A DNA stretch of 63,970 bases, the filler included, from Lenisia limosa (taxonomy: Eukaryota; Protista; Breviatea): the NCBI GenBank assembly GCA_001655205.1. It is 6 parts of 6 records of this genome, joined end to end, with 100 filler letters (N's around TTAATTAATTAA, not from the genome) between each part and the next. Parts side by side here need not be neighbours in the genome. Positions count along the whole stretch, not along the records: positions 1 to 15,722 come from LPNZ01007927.1; 5 more parts are not named here. One strand, written 5' to 3'. The notes beneath the pieces are model-generated. The model had not been told where the DNA came from and searched no databases. It worked only from the letters and a program-made list of their open reading frames with translations. Both the position numbers and the translations under genes were made by a program. Below are positions 1 to 13,464 of this stretch, one piece after another. Every line of letters starts with the position of its first letter. The first letter of the stretch is position 1.

Positions 1-19
1 CCCCCCCCCCCCATCCCAC

Positions 20-618
20 GATAACGAAAATTCAGCCCGAGCACTTACGGTCGCGGACCCGGAGGACTCGGACCTCTTTATGAGGACAGCTCAAAGGAGA
101 TCGGAAAAAGTAGGATGAGTCAATTTCCAACCTATGCATTCTGTTCTATGCTGCTCTTGTCAATCGTCAACTTTTTTCTTGCCTCAGGCTTGTTTGTTAT
201 ACCAAGTGATTGCCTAGGCATGGGCAACGACTATTCTGCCACAAGCCTTGGTGACATCACACCGCCAAGGTGAATGGCGTTTTGATTTAATTCTACACTC
301 AGCCCTGAGGGTGAGAGCACTCTCTTATATTTCACTCTTTTAACCCCTTGTTTTTACCTTGAAATTCATTGATACTGTTCCAAGGCCCTTACAATTCTCT
401 CATATTCTAGCGATCACGGCGAAAGAGTTGACGGTTATATCGACTAAGGAAGGTGTATCTATTTGTTGTATATTAGTTTAATGTATCAGGTTTATTTGTA
501 CTCATATAATGTAGAACCCACCGACGTTGGGAATAGCTCTATGTATTCCACAGACCTAAGAAAAACAACCATGAAACAACACCATACATTCTACTCCTCA
601 TCAGAAGAATCGGGATAA
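20..618 (+). CDS. 3' exons of an unknown multi-exon gene (partial)
   Basis: AG/GT-bounded open segments: DNENSARALTVADPEDSDLFMRTAQRRSEK, LFVIPSDCLGMGNDYSATSLGDITPPR, ITAKELTVISTKE. No family recognised; the last exon is uncertain because it would overlap the convergent gene. Confidence 0.3.
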
Positions 619-2600
619 GTGAAGGCATTCACTTGGTAGTCGTTGAGAATGCTGGATGATCAAATCAAATCAAATCATGACTGTGACATTCACAAACCCC
701 TGAAATATGTAGTTTACCAGTCAAATACAAGGGACACTCACCCTCCGAAATAGGACTTTTTCTTGAGTTTGTTCTTCTCATGCCTGAATCGCTTGCCTCG
801 CACGTCCTGAAACATCAAATCAATCTTCAATATCACCTCCATATACATAAATGATACTATCATTTCCATATGCTATCCCACAGGCGATTTACAGAACTGG
901 ATAATTCGTCAACAAATCGAAATACTATATCATATCGATATATCGATATGTATAAATGATACAGTGTAGATTTCGACTTAGGCCTGACCTTTAATTTATC
1001 ATTACAGCGCTTGCCGAATCCACCATCTCCCTGGAGGGGTAAATAAGATATTATTCAGAAAGACCAGATTTCCAAAAGGGAGGGCATATCGCTTTACACG
1101 GTCTTCAAACAGTATGTATTGTGCTCTTCGTGTTATAGTGCTTTCACCCTATAATTACAATGCTATTTGTATACTTTGGTAACCAAACGAGATGATCAGA
1201 TGTGTAGATAAAAAAGAAATGCAAAAAAAAAAGGTAGAGCCAAAAGCGTCAATCATCCCATTTTGCCTCACTGCCTACCAGAGCTTCATAGGAAACGTCC
1301 TTGAGTCGCTCATCAAGAATCTTGATCTCTTCCGACTTCACCCTGTGCAAAATAAGATGCGATAAGCTGATACAAACGGAAATCAAATAGCACTAGGGCT
1401 AGAAATATTACAGGGTCTCCCTTAAATCTAAAACTAACATCGGGAATGATGACTATTATCGAATATTGCTTCCTTGATTTACTATTTAATACCACCAATG
1501 AGAAGCCTGCTCTCATACCCAATGGACCCTCTGAGAAATCATTTCTCTAAATTCGTGGATCAATTCTGCCGACCCCCTTTCGTAGTATATTGAGAAAACA
1601 TCTCACCATTACCACAGCATGAGAGACGGTCAGCCCTCCCTCCCCCCCACCAACCTGCGGAAAGGTGTGTTCGGGGGAGGTGCTTTCCTCTTCTTCTAGG
1701 CACGATGAGGAAATGTGATGATTGCAAAAAACCAGGCTCATGATAAAAAAGCATGCCGACAAAAGACAAGTTAAATAAAAAGGCCTACTTTTTCGGGCTT
1801 GTGAGTTGTAACATCAGTGTAGTTATCGACCTCTTTGGGCTCTTCAACTGCTTTTTCCTGAAGGTGTAAAGTCGAAACGTGTGATAAACGGGTTCATAAG
1901 GTGAATATTTTGCACTAGTGATAGAAAAGTAGTCCTCGATACTTCATCAGTCTTTTTGGATTTCTAATCTGCTGAGGTAGAGCCTAATTTTGATACGAAG
2001 TAGCAAGGGATGAAGCAATAACCAAAGCTGTTCTCCATGCTAAACCATTCTCCTCTCCATCTCCGAGACGTATAACTACGAATAAGTATCCTAGACACGC
2101 TTAACATGTAAGGATGGGATGCCCTCATTGGTTTGAATGGGGGGGAGGGGGGGTCAGCATACAACATTGCATCCCAATTGGCCTACTGTAACTTCAGGAA
2201 TAACCTCCTCGACTGGTTCAGCTTCAAGTGTCGGTTTCTCAGCCTCCTTGACCTTTTTGCTCTTCTTCTCCTTCTTCTCCTTCTTCGCCTTCTCCTTCTT
2301 TTTCTTGTCTTCCTTCTCCTTCTTCTTTTCTGCCTTCAAAACTTCTTTCTTGTTCTTCTTTTCTTCCTTGACCTTGGAAGACTTTTCCTTCTTCACCTTA
2401 ATCTTCTTGTCCTTCTTGGACTCCTTACCTGAGAGGTCATAAAACAGCGGAGAAAATAAGGGGAGGCCATCCCTAACACTTGTTTCCATAGCAAAAGGCA
2501 GTAAATTTATAAATAGAAGAAATATGAAGGTAGAAGAGAGAGGAAGACAACACAGTCCAAAGTTCAGCAGGTCACAGACCGTCACCATTTTGCTTACCAA
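591..2600 (-). CDS. SRP40/NOLC1-like: Nopp140/SRP40 (NOLC1)-like nucleolar protein: K/E-rich region plus SRP40_C domain
   Basis: Phase-consistent exons 1695-1655, ~1341-1277, 1030-989, 806-742 and a terminal exon ending TAG at 591 give KKRKAPPPNTPFRRVKSEEIKILDERLKDVSYEALGDGGFGKRCNDKLKDVRGKRFRHEKNKLKKKSYFGGILNDYQVNAFTYPDSSDEE*, matching the SRP40_C pattern (PFRRV...GK.FRHEK.K.K..SY.GG). Upstream K/E-rich exon ~2180-2436. Start codon not fixed. Confidence 0.85.
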
Positions 2601-2999
2601 TCTTAATTTTCTTATCCTACATAGGGTTAAATCCGGAATATTAACCTAAACCAAACCTTTGGCATGATGACTAAACCTTTAGAAAAGATGTAACTTAAAA
2701 AATTGGAGGTCTAACAGAAATTAGTTGGTGTCACCTAGTGTCAATAATAATAATAACAACGATTAAAAAGGACAAGACAAGCAGTTCTCCCAGTTTTTAG
2801 AATTGTTGAATTGTTGATCACCGGATCTCTATTCTGCCTCCTAGCTGGCGTTTTTCTAAACATCGATTTATAGATGAACGCCGAGAAAGAACAACAAAGG
2901 TGATAGTTGCTCCCTGTGTCGCGCGTGTACTTAGCAAATTTCCAGGCAAGTGCAACTGGCAAGGTGTCAACTGCCCCCCTCTATTTGTGCATCATGACA

Positions 3000-4450
3000 T
3001 AATGAGAAGTACAGGATGATCCTTGTCTTAAAGCCCAGGAGTGCATTGTGCATCATGGTAATATTTGCATATCATTTACTTAAATACACTTGTAAATAGC
3101 GTGTCTTTCTCTTCTTGTTGTGTAAAAGGAAATACAAAGAGTTTCCATAAGATGCTCTAAAGGATAAATACTCCTATCGTTGATTACCCTTTGTCCAAGA
3201 TCCATCATGTTCCCCGAAGTTGGCCTTGACCGTCTGGTTGAAACCGGTAGGCTTGTGTTACTATTAGAATATGTCCAGTTTCGGGTCTAATAAAAGACTA
3301 CATTTTGGATAAATTCTCAAGTAGCAATAATTTATACGAAAAATGAAGATCCAGCTAATAATTTACCCATACAACGTAGTAGGGAGGCACGCAGAGAGTT
3401 GTAAGGCAAATGATTACAACTCTACTATATTGCAATATCTCTTATAATTTGCGTGATATTGTGGACACCTTCGTCCAGATACTGCCTATTTTTATTTCTC
3501 ATCTCTAAATAATATAATAGTTAACACATACAGTAGCCCCGGAGAATGGTACCGATATCTTGCATTATTCCTGTGCATCTGATCGATATTATTAAGTTAA
3601 ACATATTGGATTATCTTAAGAAATTATTCTGATTCCTAGGCCCTCCTGCAATGTTTGAGGATACAGACCCTAACCAATTCTTCGCATATGTGGTAGGCAG
3701 CTTTGACTATTTCACATGGTATATTTCTGCAAGTGCTTCTCGTCCTTTTTATGAAAATTATTGGTATTGTTTTCACATGACATTCTTTTTTACTTCTTTA
3801 GAGCACAGCCTTCCGGAAGGTGGGGTGAAAAGGGTAACCGTACACGAAAGTCAAGTTGTGGAATGAATAAATACATAATAATGCTCGCCTTTTGGTTTAG
3901 CGATGATCAAGTAGCTTCTCTCACCAACATACATATTTCCTAACTTTCGTCTGGTCTTGACATTCTTAGGGCAAATCCGAGGAAATGGCAAAACTGCTTT
4001 CCAAAAAAAAACCAAAATTGGCTCCCGCTTTGTTGGCGCGCTGAAAGCTGATGTGGGCTCCTGGAATAAATTCTAAATGCCTTCCCTTGCAGTGGAAGGT
4101 TGTAGAGAATGCATTTGTATACTACACTAGCCCGCTGCTCTCAAAGGTCTTGTTGAAATGCTTGACCAGGAATTCCATGGAACATTCTACCATCTGGTAT
4201 GCAAGTTTGTGATGATGTAAGATCTTCATAGATCAAATATTATCTGATATTTGTAAATGTATTAATAATCTATTCTATTTTTGTTCACTGTAATTAACGC
4301 TGGGAAATGAGGATGTAGCAGGATGATTAGTATTTATATGAAATTATCGGTTTATACATCCAATTCAAAGACTTCATTAGCGTTTGTGGGTTGTAGAGAA
4401 ACCATTTCTCAGTGTTCACTTACTTTCTATGTAGTGAAATCACCACGACT
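3000..4450 (-). CDS. Unknown multi-exon gene (approximate limits)
   Basis: AG/GT-bounded open segments such as MVECSMEFLVKHFNKTF, FCHFLGFALRMSRPDE, NIPCEIVKAAYHICEEL, GIMQDIGTILRGY, TVKANFGEHDGSWTK; phases not fully verified. Confidence 0.35.
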
Positions 4451-4539
4451 CTTCAAACTCTTACAAAAGTTGGTGTTAAACAAAATTCGTTGATGAAATT
4501 ATCAGACTATTTACTTAAGTCCGTCTTGTTCTGATTAGA

Positions 4540-4625
4540 GCCAAAACAGTGCTAATTATGGCGCTTCTCCTGTCAAAATGAAAACATGCAAGGGCTGCAT
4601 GAAAGTGAAGTACTGCGACCGTGGG
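4540..4625 (+). pseudogene. Degenerate MYND zinc-finger fragment
   Basis: EPKQ/C-ANYGASPVKMKTCKGCMKVKYCDR resembles MYND C..C(x)n C..C...YC; the first cysteine is frameshifted and the second reads TAT (Tyr); no downstream CQ..HW exon found. Confidence 0.5.
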
Positions 4626-4899
4626 CTGTCAGGTTTGCATTCTCCTCATTGGAATATTTTTCGGCAGCACGATTTAAGTCACATTTCAGATCAAACACTG
4701 GGCTACTCACAAGGAAAAATGCCAATCATAGTAGTGATAGTGGCTGTATGGTATTTGGTTGAATTTGTGTAATGTAGGTATAGACTCAGTAAACTCACTT
4801 AATTTATCATACCTGCATCTTCCCTCTTACATAGAGCAATCCCATTAAAATAACCATCAATCTACATAACAATAATAGAAATAGTACCAGCAAATGAAC

Positions 4900-6612
4900 A
4901 AATCAGTGGCAATAGTCCTCATGGAGAGGGGCGAAGCTCACATCAGCGTCTGCAGAATACTAAGCACATGAGCGTTGTAATAGTCAATGAGATCAAAAAA
5001 TCATTCAACAACTTTAGGTTGGGGCGAGAAAAGGGAGAAAAAGAAAACGATACGAGAATGTGTTCAAAAGAGGAAGGGAGTGTGTGTATTTGTAGGTTCA
5101 GTTTTCACAATCAAGTAAAACGGAGAATGTCATACATAGTTAGAGAAAGCATACCTCCACATAATGAACTTTTTCAACATGGTTGCCGTGCTTATCTTGG
5201 AATCCCCAATGGGTCACAATGTCTACATTGGTTGGTTAACTGCAGAAAGGTTTGTGATAATTGGGATAATGACAGTTTTCTTGGTACATACATATGTCCC
5301 TACTTTCCCAAGGTTATGTACTGCCCCCCCCCCCTCCAACGTTCAAAGGTGTCAAAATAAAGGATACGGTCGGTGGTTGTGCTCACGTACTTAAGGAACT
5401 GGAATTCGTAAAAAAACAAACTCATTTAAATGATAGAGAATATAAATCAAATCAAATACCAATAATAAATAGGTATTGAAGAAGAAATTTTCGCAATAAT
5501 CCATGAATGCCCCTCCCAAAAAAGGTCCTCTTACCATTCTCTGGATGCCTTCTCCTTCGAAATAAACTTGTCCAAGCCCCGACATGGGCTCGTAGGTTTG
5601 GAGAAAAGGATTGAAAAAGGCATCAGCTGAAACAATCATTTAGCAATAAAACCACTGAAAAAGAACATTGAAGATCCTGGACGGGAAAAAACGTCCAAGA
5701 GGGGAAGGGCTCTATCAAAACAATTTGCTACTGTATGGGGATATTACATTGACCCGATATTGATACCCCCACGTCATGCTAGCACAACCCATGCGTGAGA
5801 CCCCAAATGACTACCTTCCTTAGTGCCCTTCAGTTTGTTACAGGTGATTTTGCCAGAACCATTCTCATCGTAGCGATACGAAGAGGAATTCCCCTAGAAA
5901 ACATGACAAAATACCGCAGAGATTTATTCTCTTTAGCCATATACAGAAAACGCATATTATGATGTCTTAAAAACAAACAAAAAAGAACAACGGATGATTG
6001 GCAGAACCCTACCCACGTAAAGGCGCAGGGCCTGGTCGAATTCGAAGCCGTCATGAACTTGGAAGTATTCCAATCCATTCATGGCCTGAAATGAAAATCA
6101 GAAATCGAGAAAGTAAAAATTAGGGTCATATGAGAGGAACAAGATAGGAACTTATATTCAGGTACTTGCACAAATGTCACTACTATTCTTTTACACAAGG
6201 GAGATGTACTAATAAATAATAAAACACAAGAGAAAAAAAAAAAATGTATGAGAGCGCAATTAAAAGGGGGTTATCCAAACCCTACAAGCAAATTCACTCT
6301 TTTAGAGAAAAAAGAATTTAAAAGCCAAATGTAAATATCATCCTCTTCCAACCTGAAGATTGACCACATGGCGAAACGTCTTGTTTTCGGGAGTGATCGA
6401 GAATACACGGTCTCTTGGGAACTGCCTGGAAAATCAGGAAATACAAGACCAAAGACATTTCATTGACAGTTGCAAAAAGAAGGAATAACAACACAATTGT
6501 TTTAGGTCTTCTCCAAATCCAAAATTATATTTATTAGTAGTGCTCTGCCGCCCTTTGCTCACCAAGCCGAGCAAGACAGAGCAAAAACAAGGAAGATGAA
6601 GGCAGTGACCAC
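4900..6612 (-). CDS. Uncharacterised secreted protein (signal peptide, beta-rich)
   Basis: N-terminal MVVTAFIFLVFALSCSA; exons FPRDRVFSITPENKTFRHVVNLQ / AMNGLEYFQVHDGFEFDQALRLYV / GNSSSYRYDENGSGKITCNKLKGTKE / ADAFFNPFLQTYEPMSGLGQVYFEGEGIQRM / FLKYVSTTTD / HIVTHWGFQDKHGNHVEKVHYVE / TLM*; several junctions phase-consistent. Confidence 0.55.
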
Positions 6613-7122
6613 CATCTACACCATGAGAATGGAAGAGTTTTGTAAAACAAAAAACAAATCTCTTCCGTTTGTTCCCCTTTTTTTCATAGCAACATATATA
6701 CAATAATACCAGCACACCTTGTTCTTCAGCATTGTTGGATTGAGAAGTGAAGAAATTTGTACTCAACTCAAAATAGAGTCAGTGTAGAAATGCTATTTTA
6801 CTTTTATTTTTGTTGTTACTTTCAGAAAGCAACATGTTAGCGTTGTGAGAGGGAGAAGAGGTGGTCCGGTCGGAAAGGTTCAACACAATGTGCGTTCTGC
6901 GCCACGCGCACGCCATCTTAACTCCCTACAATTCAAACTTCACACCCCCCTTTTCTTATGTGGCTCTTATGTGGTTTATATGAAGGTTAAAACGTTTAAA
7001 CTGTTGTAAAAAGGGAAAAGAAATCGAAACCAAGACAATCAATCTCCAAATAATATGAATTATGACTTTGAAGCTTGTTAGGAAAGACAGGTTTTTCAGT
7101 GGTCATAACGAGGAGGTGAAAT

Positions 7123-10100
7123 ATGGAAACGAAGACGATTCCGATCCTGGTGGCTGTCTTCATCCTCTTCCAGCTTGTCTACTTCCTGAGTTGGAGGGTC
7201 ATCCCCCATGAACCACTTCTGTGGAGACANNNNNNNNNNNNNNNNNNNNNNNNNNNNNNNNNNNNNNNNNNNNNNNNNNNNNNNNNNNNNNNNNNNNNNN
7301 NNNNNNNNNNNNNNNNNNNNNNNNNNNNNNNNNNNNNNNNNNNTGAAGACTGTGGGATAGATTTATGGCAATTTTCCAAGGCTATACCATATCGTTTAAC
7401 CATCATATACGCGATCATCTAACCAGATTCATTGATATGGGTGTCCAAACGGTTTCGGTGAAATATAAGCTTTGTTTATTGATATTTGTATTTCATAAGT
7501 GGCACTTTTTGTCACATGTGCGCAATCTACGCGTGTAATGCCAAATGCTGTAATTTTGGAAAATGTCTTTTTTTTCTTTCTCAATGTGAGTTCGATGTGG
7601 GTTCTTTATCAAAGTACCCTTTTGGATATTATCACTTACGTTTTAGCGAAACCACGTCCAAACGAGGACAAGCAATATCCCGTCCGAATCAAAGATAACA
7701 ATGCTACGGAGTCGATATTCCCGATTTCAATCCAAGCCATGCGGCCGTATTACTTCCCCTATGGTGTTGGCACCGTCTCCTTCCACCCCCCGGAGCTGGA
7801 ACAGACCTTCCCAGCCCCCTACGAGTGCACGAGGTATCCTCTACCACGGGACGAGGAGAGCCTGGCAGTGTCTACCGTGGCAACTCGTGTGGCTAATAAC
7901 CCCCGCCTCAAACCCCTCCTTGTTGGTGTGGGCAAAGTAGTGTATTGGATGTGGTTATTTTGATTTTTTGTGATATCTTGAATGGGTTAGTGGCTAGTAT
8001 ATACTAAACAGCCTTCAGATTACATTCACATAATGCAAAGCTGGAAGGGACAGAGAAATATAATATCAGATAGTTACTTGATATGTATAATACTCAAACA
8101 TATCATTTTCTAATATAATACTAATGTCAATATAAGTTACTTTTTTAATACAAAAATTAGTTTTCCCATGTGGTGCCCTTTATAGCCTACGTATTTGCTA
8201 ACCTCGCCTGCAGCACAACTTGTTTCATCACCATTTTAGATCGACAAACCACCGGATTACAAGCTGAATGGGATGGCGGAGGCCAAGGCATTCCGCGCCA
8301 GGGCGCATGCACGTGGCTTGGAGGAGCTCAAGCTTCCGAGTGAGGTGGTGTGAGAACGGTTTGATTCCGGTTTTCTGTATCTGAAATTTCATGTCTCAAC
8401 TTCTCCTGGTTGTACTAGGAATGCTGGGGAGGCATGCAGAAAGCTGTGTGCACAGAGTTGTAAGGCAAATGATTGGGTGAATTAATATTATACTATAATC
8501 GAATGTCTCTTTTAGCGTGATGGTGTGGACGGCTGAGGCCAGATACTACCTTATTTTTTATTTCTTATTGCTATATATATCATATAGTATATGATATATG
8601 ATATAGTATATTATGATTCGGACTTTCCCTAAAACACTATCCTGTTTGGACCTAGTGATTAACTCAGCAGAATCCCAAGGTTACTTCGGCTCCAACCCCC
8701 CACGGGTTATTCGGATTATCATTGAGTCCGGAGGGAGGGAGATCTCACATCAAACGTATCCTGCGTTGTTCAATGTAGGATCATGGGTCTAATCAATAGT
8801 CTGTTTTGTCTGTCCAGAGTGTTTTTTTTATATCACTGACGTTGTTTAGTATCTCAAAAAGCAAAACCATGTTGACTCCCTGGACTTTGTTCAGTTTGAA
8901 AATGTGTGCAGGGTGGCGGCTTTTTTAAACCGAAGCGTATCAGGACATATTTAAAATAATCACTGCGATTCCTAAATAAGGATAATAATAAGTAAAACAA
9001 TATCAGAAAACACAAAAGATCATGCCTTCATTAAACGGACACTATTCACACTTTCAGCACAATCGAGACTGGCATGGCCACTCGTTCCAGAACCGGTTCG
9101 GCCTTAACAGCGGGGTAGAAGTCGACTTTCGAGTGGGGACCTCTGAAGAATCACATATTTTTAAATTTGGGAAGCAATGTGTTAACGCCATGACAGCAAG
9201 TTGATATTTGAATAATGTATCATATAATCGGCTTGTCATTCACTTACCTAGGCCAATTTGAACCCGAACGATTTGATTGGAACCTCAGACACAGATTACC
9301 TCTTCCATCCCCACACCCCGCACACTGTAAGCGTCTTCTACATCATTCTTGTTTCTTGAATGCGACTTTGGGTCTCTATTTCTCTTCTTTTATTCTAAGT
9401 TGACTTTGTTCTATTCTTGTCCTTCTAACTATCATGTACATATATGATATGATTAAAAATCATCAGTGTTTTACAATATTTTTATATGATTTAAAATCAT
9501 CAGTGTTTTACAATATTTTCATATGATATACATGTTAGATGTATAAGTAATATAGCTACATAGATTTCTCCTTTCGGCCTTTATCGAGGTGTTATCGAGA
9601 ACTAATGACTATTCTGAAGGTGTGCGAAGCCATGCTCTTGTTTACTTGATCAGATGCCAATAAGGGACTTCATTCTGTACAATATGACGACGCTTCCGGC
9701 CCTGTACGGATCTTTGGGCTACCACACCTACTGCGCACTTGATGACCTCTTGCTGGAGTACATGCCGTTCACATCGCGGTTCAAGTACCCGGTCCGACGA
9801 GAGGTTTGTGGATGCCGTGTTTTCCATAGGAGTGTATTATTGTCAATGCAAAACGGACCTCTTTACCCCCCCAGCATTCCTTACTAAATGCTTTAGGCTT
9901 TTGATACAATTGAAGTCCGAACAGATTTTGTAGGCTTGGTTGGGCTGTTTTAAAACAGCCTTTCTTTCTCCATGTGCTACTTTCTTATGTGGCTGAATGG
10001 TGTAACAAAGCTCAATGTAATGTTCGAACCAGATTATTATCCATATTATGATATATTATCATAGTATGACAGTGTTCAAATGGAACCCTTTAATCCCAAG

Positions 10101-13100
10101 TAATGATTTAGGAACTTGGTCGATCCGGATACTCCTTTCTCCGTCAACATCGAGAGGATCCGTATTTTCTGGATATAAACGTTGGCATTGTGTTCGTCTT
10201 TTCTTTATTTTTCCATTTTTTTTCAATCTCACTATTTTAATTTTTTTTTAGACATTTCAGCTTCATAACGAGAACCTCATTTCAGGAAACTGCTGCGTGG
10301 AGGAAGATATGGTGAGGGTCATAGTCCTTCTTCTGTTGTGGACAGTTTTGACCAATAAATGCCAATTACCGGAGTTTGTCAATTTTGTTACGTTCAATCG
10401 GTCAAATGGGGGGGGGGGGCTGAATACTCATACTACGATGTTTCACTTCAGTTTCCAAGAATATTATAGCTGACATTTCTCAGCCCAAGTCAATGACCCC
10501 TTAGAATATCGCCGCAATGGTAGAAAAGGCCTTTCATGAGGCCAAGCGCTTTAATTACCCCCTCTTTGTGGCAGGNNNNNNNNNNNNNNNNNNNNNNNNN
10601 NNNNNNNNNNNNNNNNNNNNNNNNNNNNNNNNNNNNNNNNNNNNNNNNNNNNNNNNNNNNNNNNNNNNNNNNNNNNNNCCACTTTGAAAGGTAACTGCGT
10701 AATGTTATCAGAAGAGAATTATTTTGAATTTTTCTGGAATTGAGTCTTTGTTGTTCTCTCAGTATTCATGTGTTCTAAAATTAGAGCAAATCCAAGATTG
10801 TACACTGACACTGTTTACTTCACTAACACAATAGGGCATTTTGAGTACCAAACACCGCATTTGTCTTTCGCGATTTCCAAGGACATATCCAAACACTATC
10901 CCCAGCTCCTGTAGGTTACTATTGGTTTAAATAAAACGTAGAAATGAAACTGATCTTTGGAATTCTGGAATTGATATCTTTATCTCAGATTATTCAGACT
11001 TTGTTTTATCAAACATGCAATTGTATGTAATATTTATGATATGCATATCGATATATACTATATTATATGATACTACGTATTATATTACGTATTTACATAA
11101 GGTGTGTTTCATGTACTATTGCATTGACACCCTCAGAGAGTCTCTCAAACAGAATCATAAAGCCATTACCACTCAAAGGGACGTATTTAAAACACTCAAG
11201 TAAGAGATAATCTTTACATTTGGCTATTACACAACTCAGTATGCACAATTTTTCAAGACGATGATGTGCTGGTGGACAGCTTTCGCCATTTCATTTCTCA
11301 TTTCCAATATTATAGCCTCCCACATTATGTAATTCTTGTCCCCATTCTAATGTCCAAGGAACTTGATAGGCTACCCCTTCAGAGTCCATGACTCAAAAGA
11401 GTTCACTCCTGAATCAGTGAGGAGGGTCTGGAATGTGCTGACTGGCTTCGATTTTTGCTAATCGAATGATTTGATATTACCTTAAAATGGACACCTTTCA
11501 CCCTCACAGTCAGCTTACAGTCTTCTCTCACCAATCCCACACCGTTCGTGTGCGGAGGCCAAAATTCAGCCTGCGATGTGCCGATGTAATCTAAAGAGTT
11601 TCTTCTCTGGACGCACCCCTGTTGGTGGAGTGGTTGTTAGGGTTTCACTTCGGTTCCAAAAATGACCGACTTTTTCGATAAATCCTCGAAAACTATCGAT
11701 ATTTTACCGGTCTTTTTCGGTACGGTGGAATAATCTGTACCAAGGGTTGGATATCTTCACAAATACTCACCTTGAAGGGAGAGCCAACATCAGGGGGCTT
11801 CCGACAGGACTACTCCATTCCCGTGCCGGCCATTAAGGGCGGACCGGTACCGACGGCCCCTGTTGCGGTCCCCGAGCACCCCGCTGTTTTTGCCCATTAT
11901 AACGACTCTTTCAACCCGGAGGCGTACTTCTCCACAAGTGTAGGGTGGCTGGATTCTCAACAACCATCTCAGATATTCTTTGGGAAATCATACAGCAAAT
12001 CGGTCAAGACTTATCCTGGTCACAGTACATAATATTACTGGTCTTAATATGCAGGTGAAAAAAGTGTGCGAATGTCCCAACATAACCCTCACCAGCGGTA
12101 TATGAAAAGACAGCCAGATATGGAAGCCCATGTGATGGTTGTGCCAATACTACGGTACTAAATAACAATTGACAGTTCAGGATGCCGCCGTGGTTATCAG
12201 CGATGAACTTGGCAAGGTATTTTCCAAGATGCCTGAGCAATGTATCCAAAACCCTCGCTTGATGTTTACCTATCTCCGTCAAGTCAAGTTGGGGGGAGGG
12301 AGGGAGCGATACTCTGCATTCAGAAGTATCAATGTAGAATAATAAAAGTGGCAAACAGAATAAGTCCACCACAATCGAAACTCAAAAATCTATCTGCTAA
12401 CTTGGTAGATCGAATGTCCCTGTGCTAGGCATCAAGGCAACTATTGAACTACATGTACGCTTGGGAGTTTTGTCCTGCTGTTTGGATTATATAGTATGAT
12501 ATAGTGTTATGGAATCTGCATTTATTTCATTGGAATAGTATGAGCTTTTTCTTGTTTTGTTCACAAACTCTGTTTACCCACGCACCCCCAGCGCAAATAT
12601 TATGATGCCAAGCCATCACAATATTCCTTCTTTCACCTCCCCTCAATATTCTACATCGACTTTTCCTTCCTTCATCCCCCTCCTCCCAGAGCATCCACGC
12701 TTTTGTGTGGACTGCCGACCACGAAAAGGGCTTCTCCTACCCCGGCTACTTCATATACACCTCGTACGTTGATCCGGAACAGGTGGGATGAAAATGGTTA
12801 TGAGGATGATGGCCTGAATAGTTTGAATATTTGACAATATGGCGTCCAAATCCTCGAAAAAAAGCAGATATACTCCAATCATGGATTTAGGTACTAGAGG
12901 GGAGGTGTCGGGAAATTGATACTTATTGTTTAGGAGTTCAGAGGTGAAGAGTCTGAGAAGATGCAGTGGCTTGTCACGCTCTTCAGAATAGCAAATGTTT
13001 GTAACTTTTTTTCTGCTTTGCTTAGTTTCGGTTCTGAGTACTCACTTTCCAGGAAAAGAACAAGTTTAAGTTGAACTCAGTGGTACCAAGCTTTGCTTAT

Positions 13101-13333
13101 TCGTAGGCCATATTTATTCCCTAAACTGTCTTGAGAGACCTCAACCCATGACTATTTTCATTATGGTCTTAATTGTCTCGTCTTTCACTAAAGGATATTG
13201 ACTCCGTTTTGGATGGAGAAATGCCAATTTAACCTGATTAGGATGCAGAAGTGCCAGAGACGACAACCACTACCGATGCACCAAAGCCAATTCTGTATTT
13301 GTAGGACCGTTGAAGAGGAGCCTTCGGATAGTT
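7123..13333 (+). CDS. One or more large multi-exon genes of unknown function; N-terminal signal-anchor (type II membrane protein-like)
   Basis: METKTIPILVAVFILFQLVYFLSW start, then many AG/GT-bounded exons (e.g. ANLNPNDLIGTSDTDYLFHPHTPHT, MPIRDFILYNMTTLPALYGSLGYHTYCALDDLLLEYMPFTSRFKYPVRRE, GEPTSGGFRQDYSIPVPAIKGGP, DAAVVISDELGKVFSKMPEQCIQNPRLMFTYLRQVK, ASTLLCGLPTHEKGFSYPGYFIYTSYVDPEQ). A possible stop at ~8352 means it may be two genes. Confidence 0.5.
8416..8573 (+). repeat. Interspersed repeat family B (~160 bp), reference copy; others ~3380-3507, 17358-17512 (minus), 26730-26800, 27868-28060, 34533-34626, 35885-35930, 38455-38495 (minus), 59254-60097 (interrupted)
   Basis: Shared AAGCTGTGTGCACAGAGTTGTAAGGCAAATGATTGGGTGAATTAATATT...GCGTGATGGTGTGGACGGCTTCGGCCAGATA...TTTATTTCTCATTGCTA. 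Confidence 0.88.
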
Positions 13334-13464
13334 AAATGTTTCTTGTGTATCTGGGTTAGGGATGGTAATGTATTGTTTTTCATGGTAATTTCAGAGAAGA
13401 GGAAAATATGAAAACAAGGTAACTGTGTGAAATAGTGTATTCACCCAATAACTTGACGTTTTAC

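Noticed and set aside
2133-2442. Plus-strand Leu/Phe/Ser-rich ORFs resembling membrane proteins
   Set aside because: Antisense shadow of the K/E-rich SRP40-like exon
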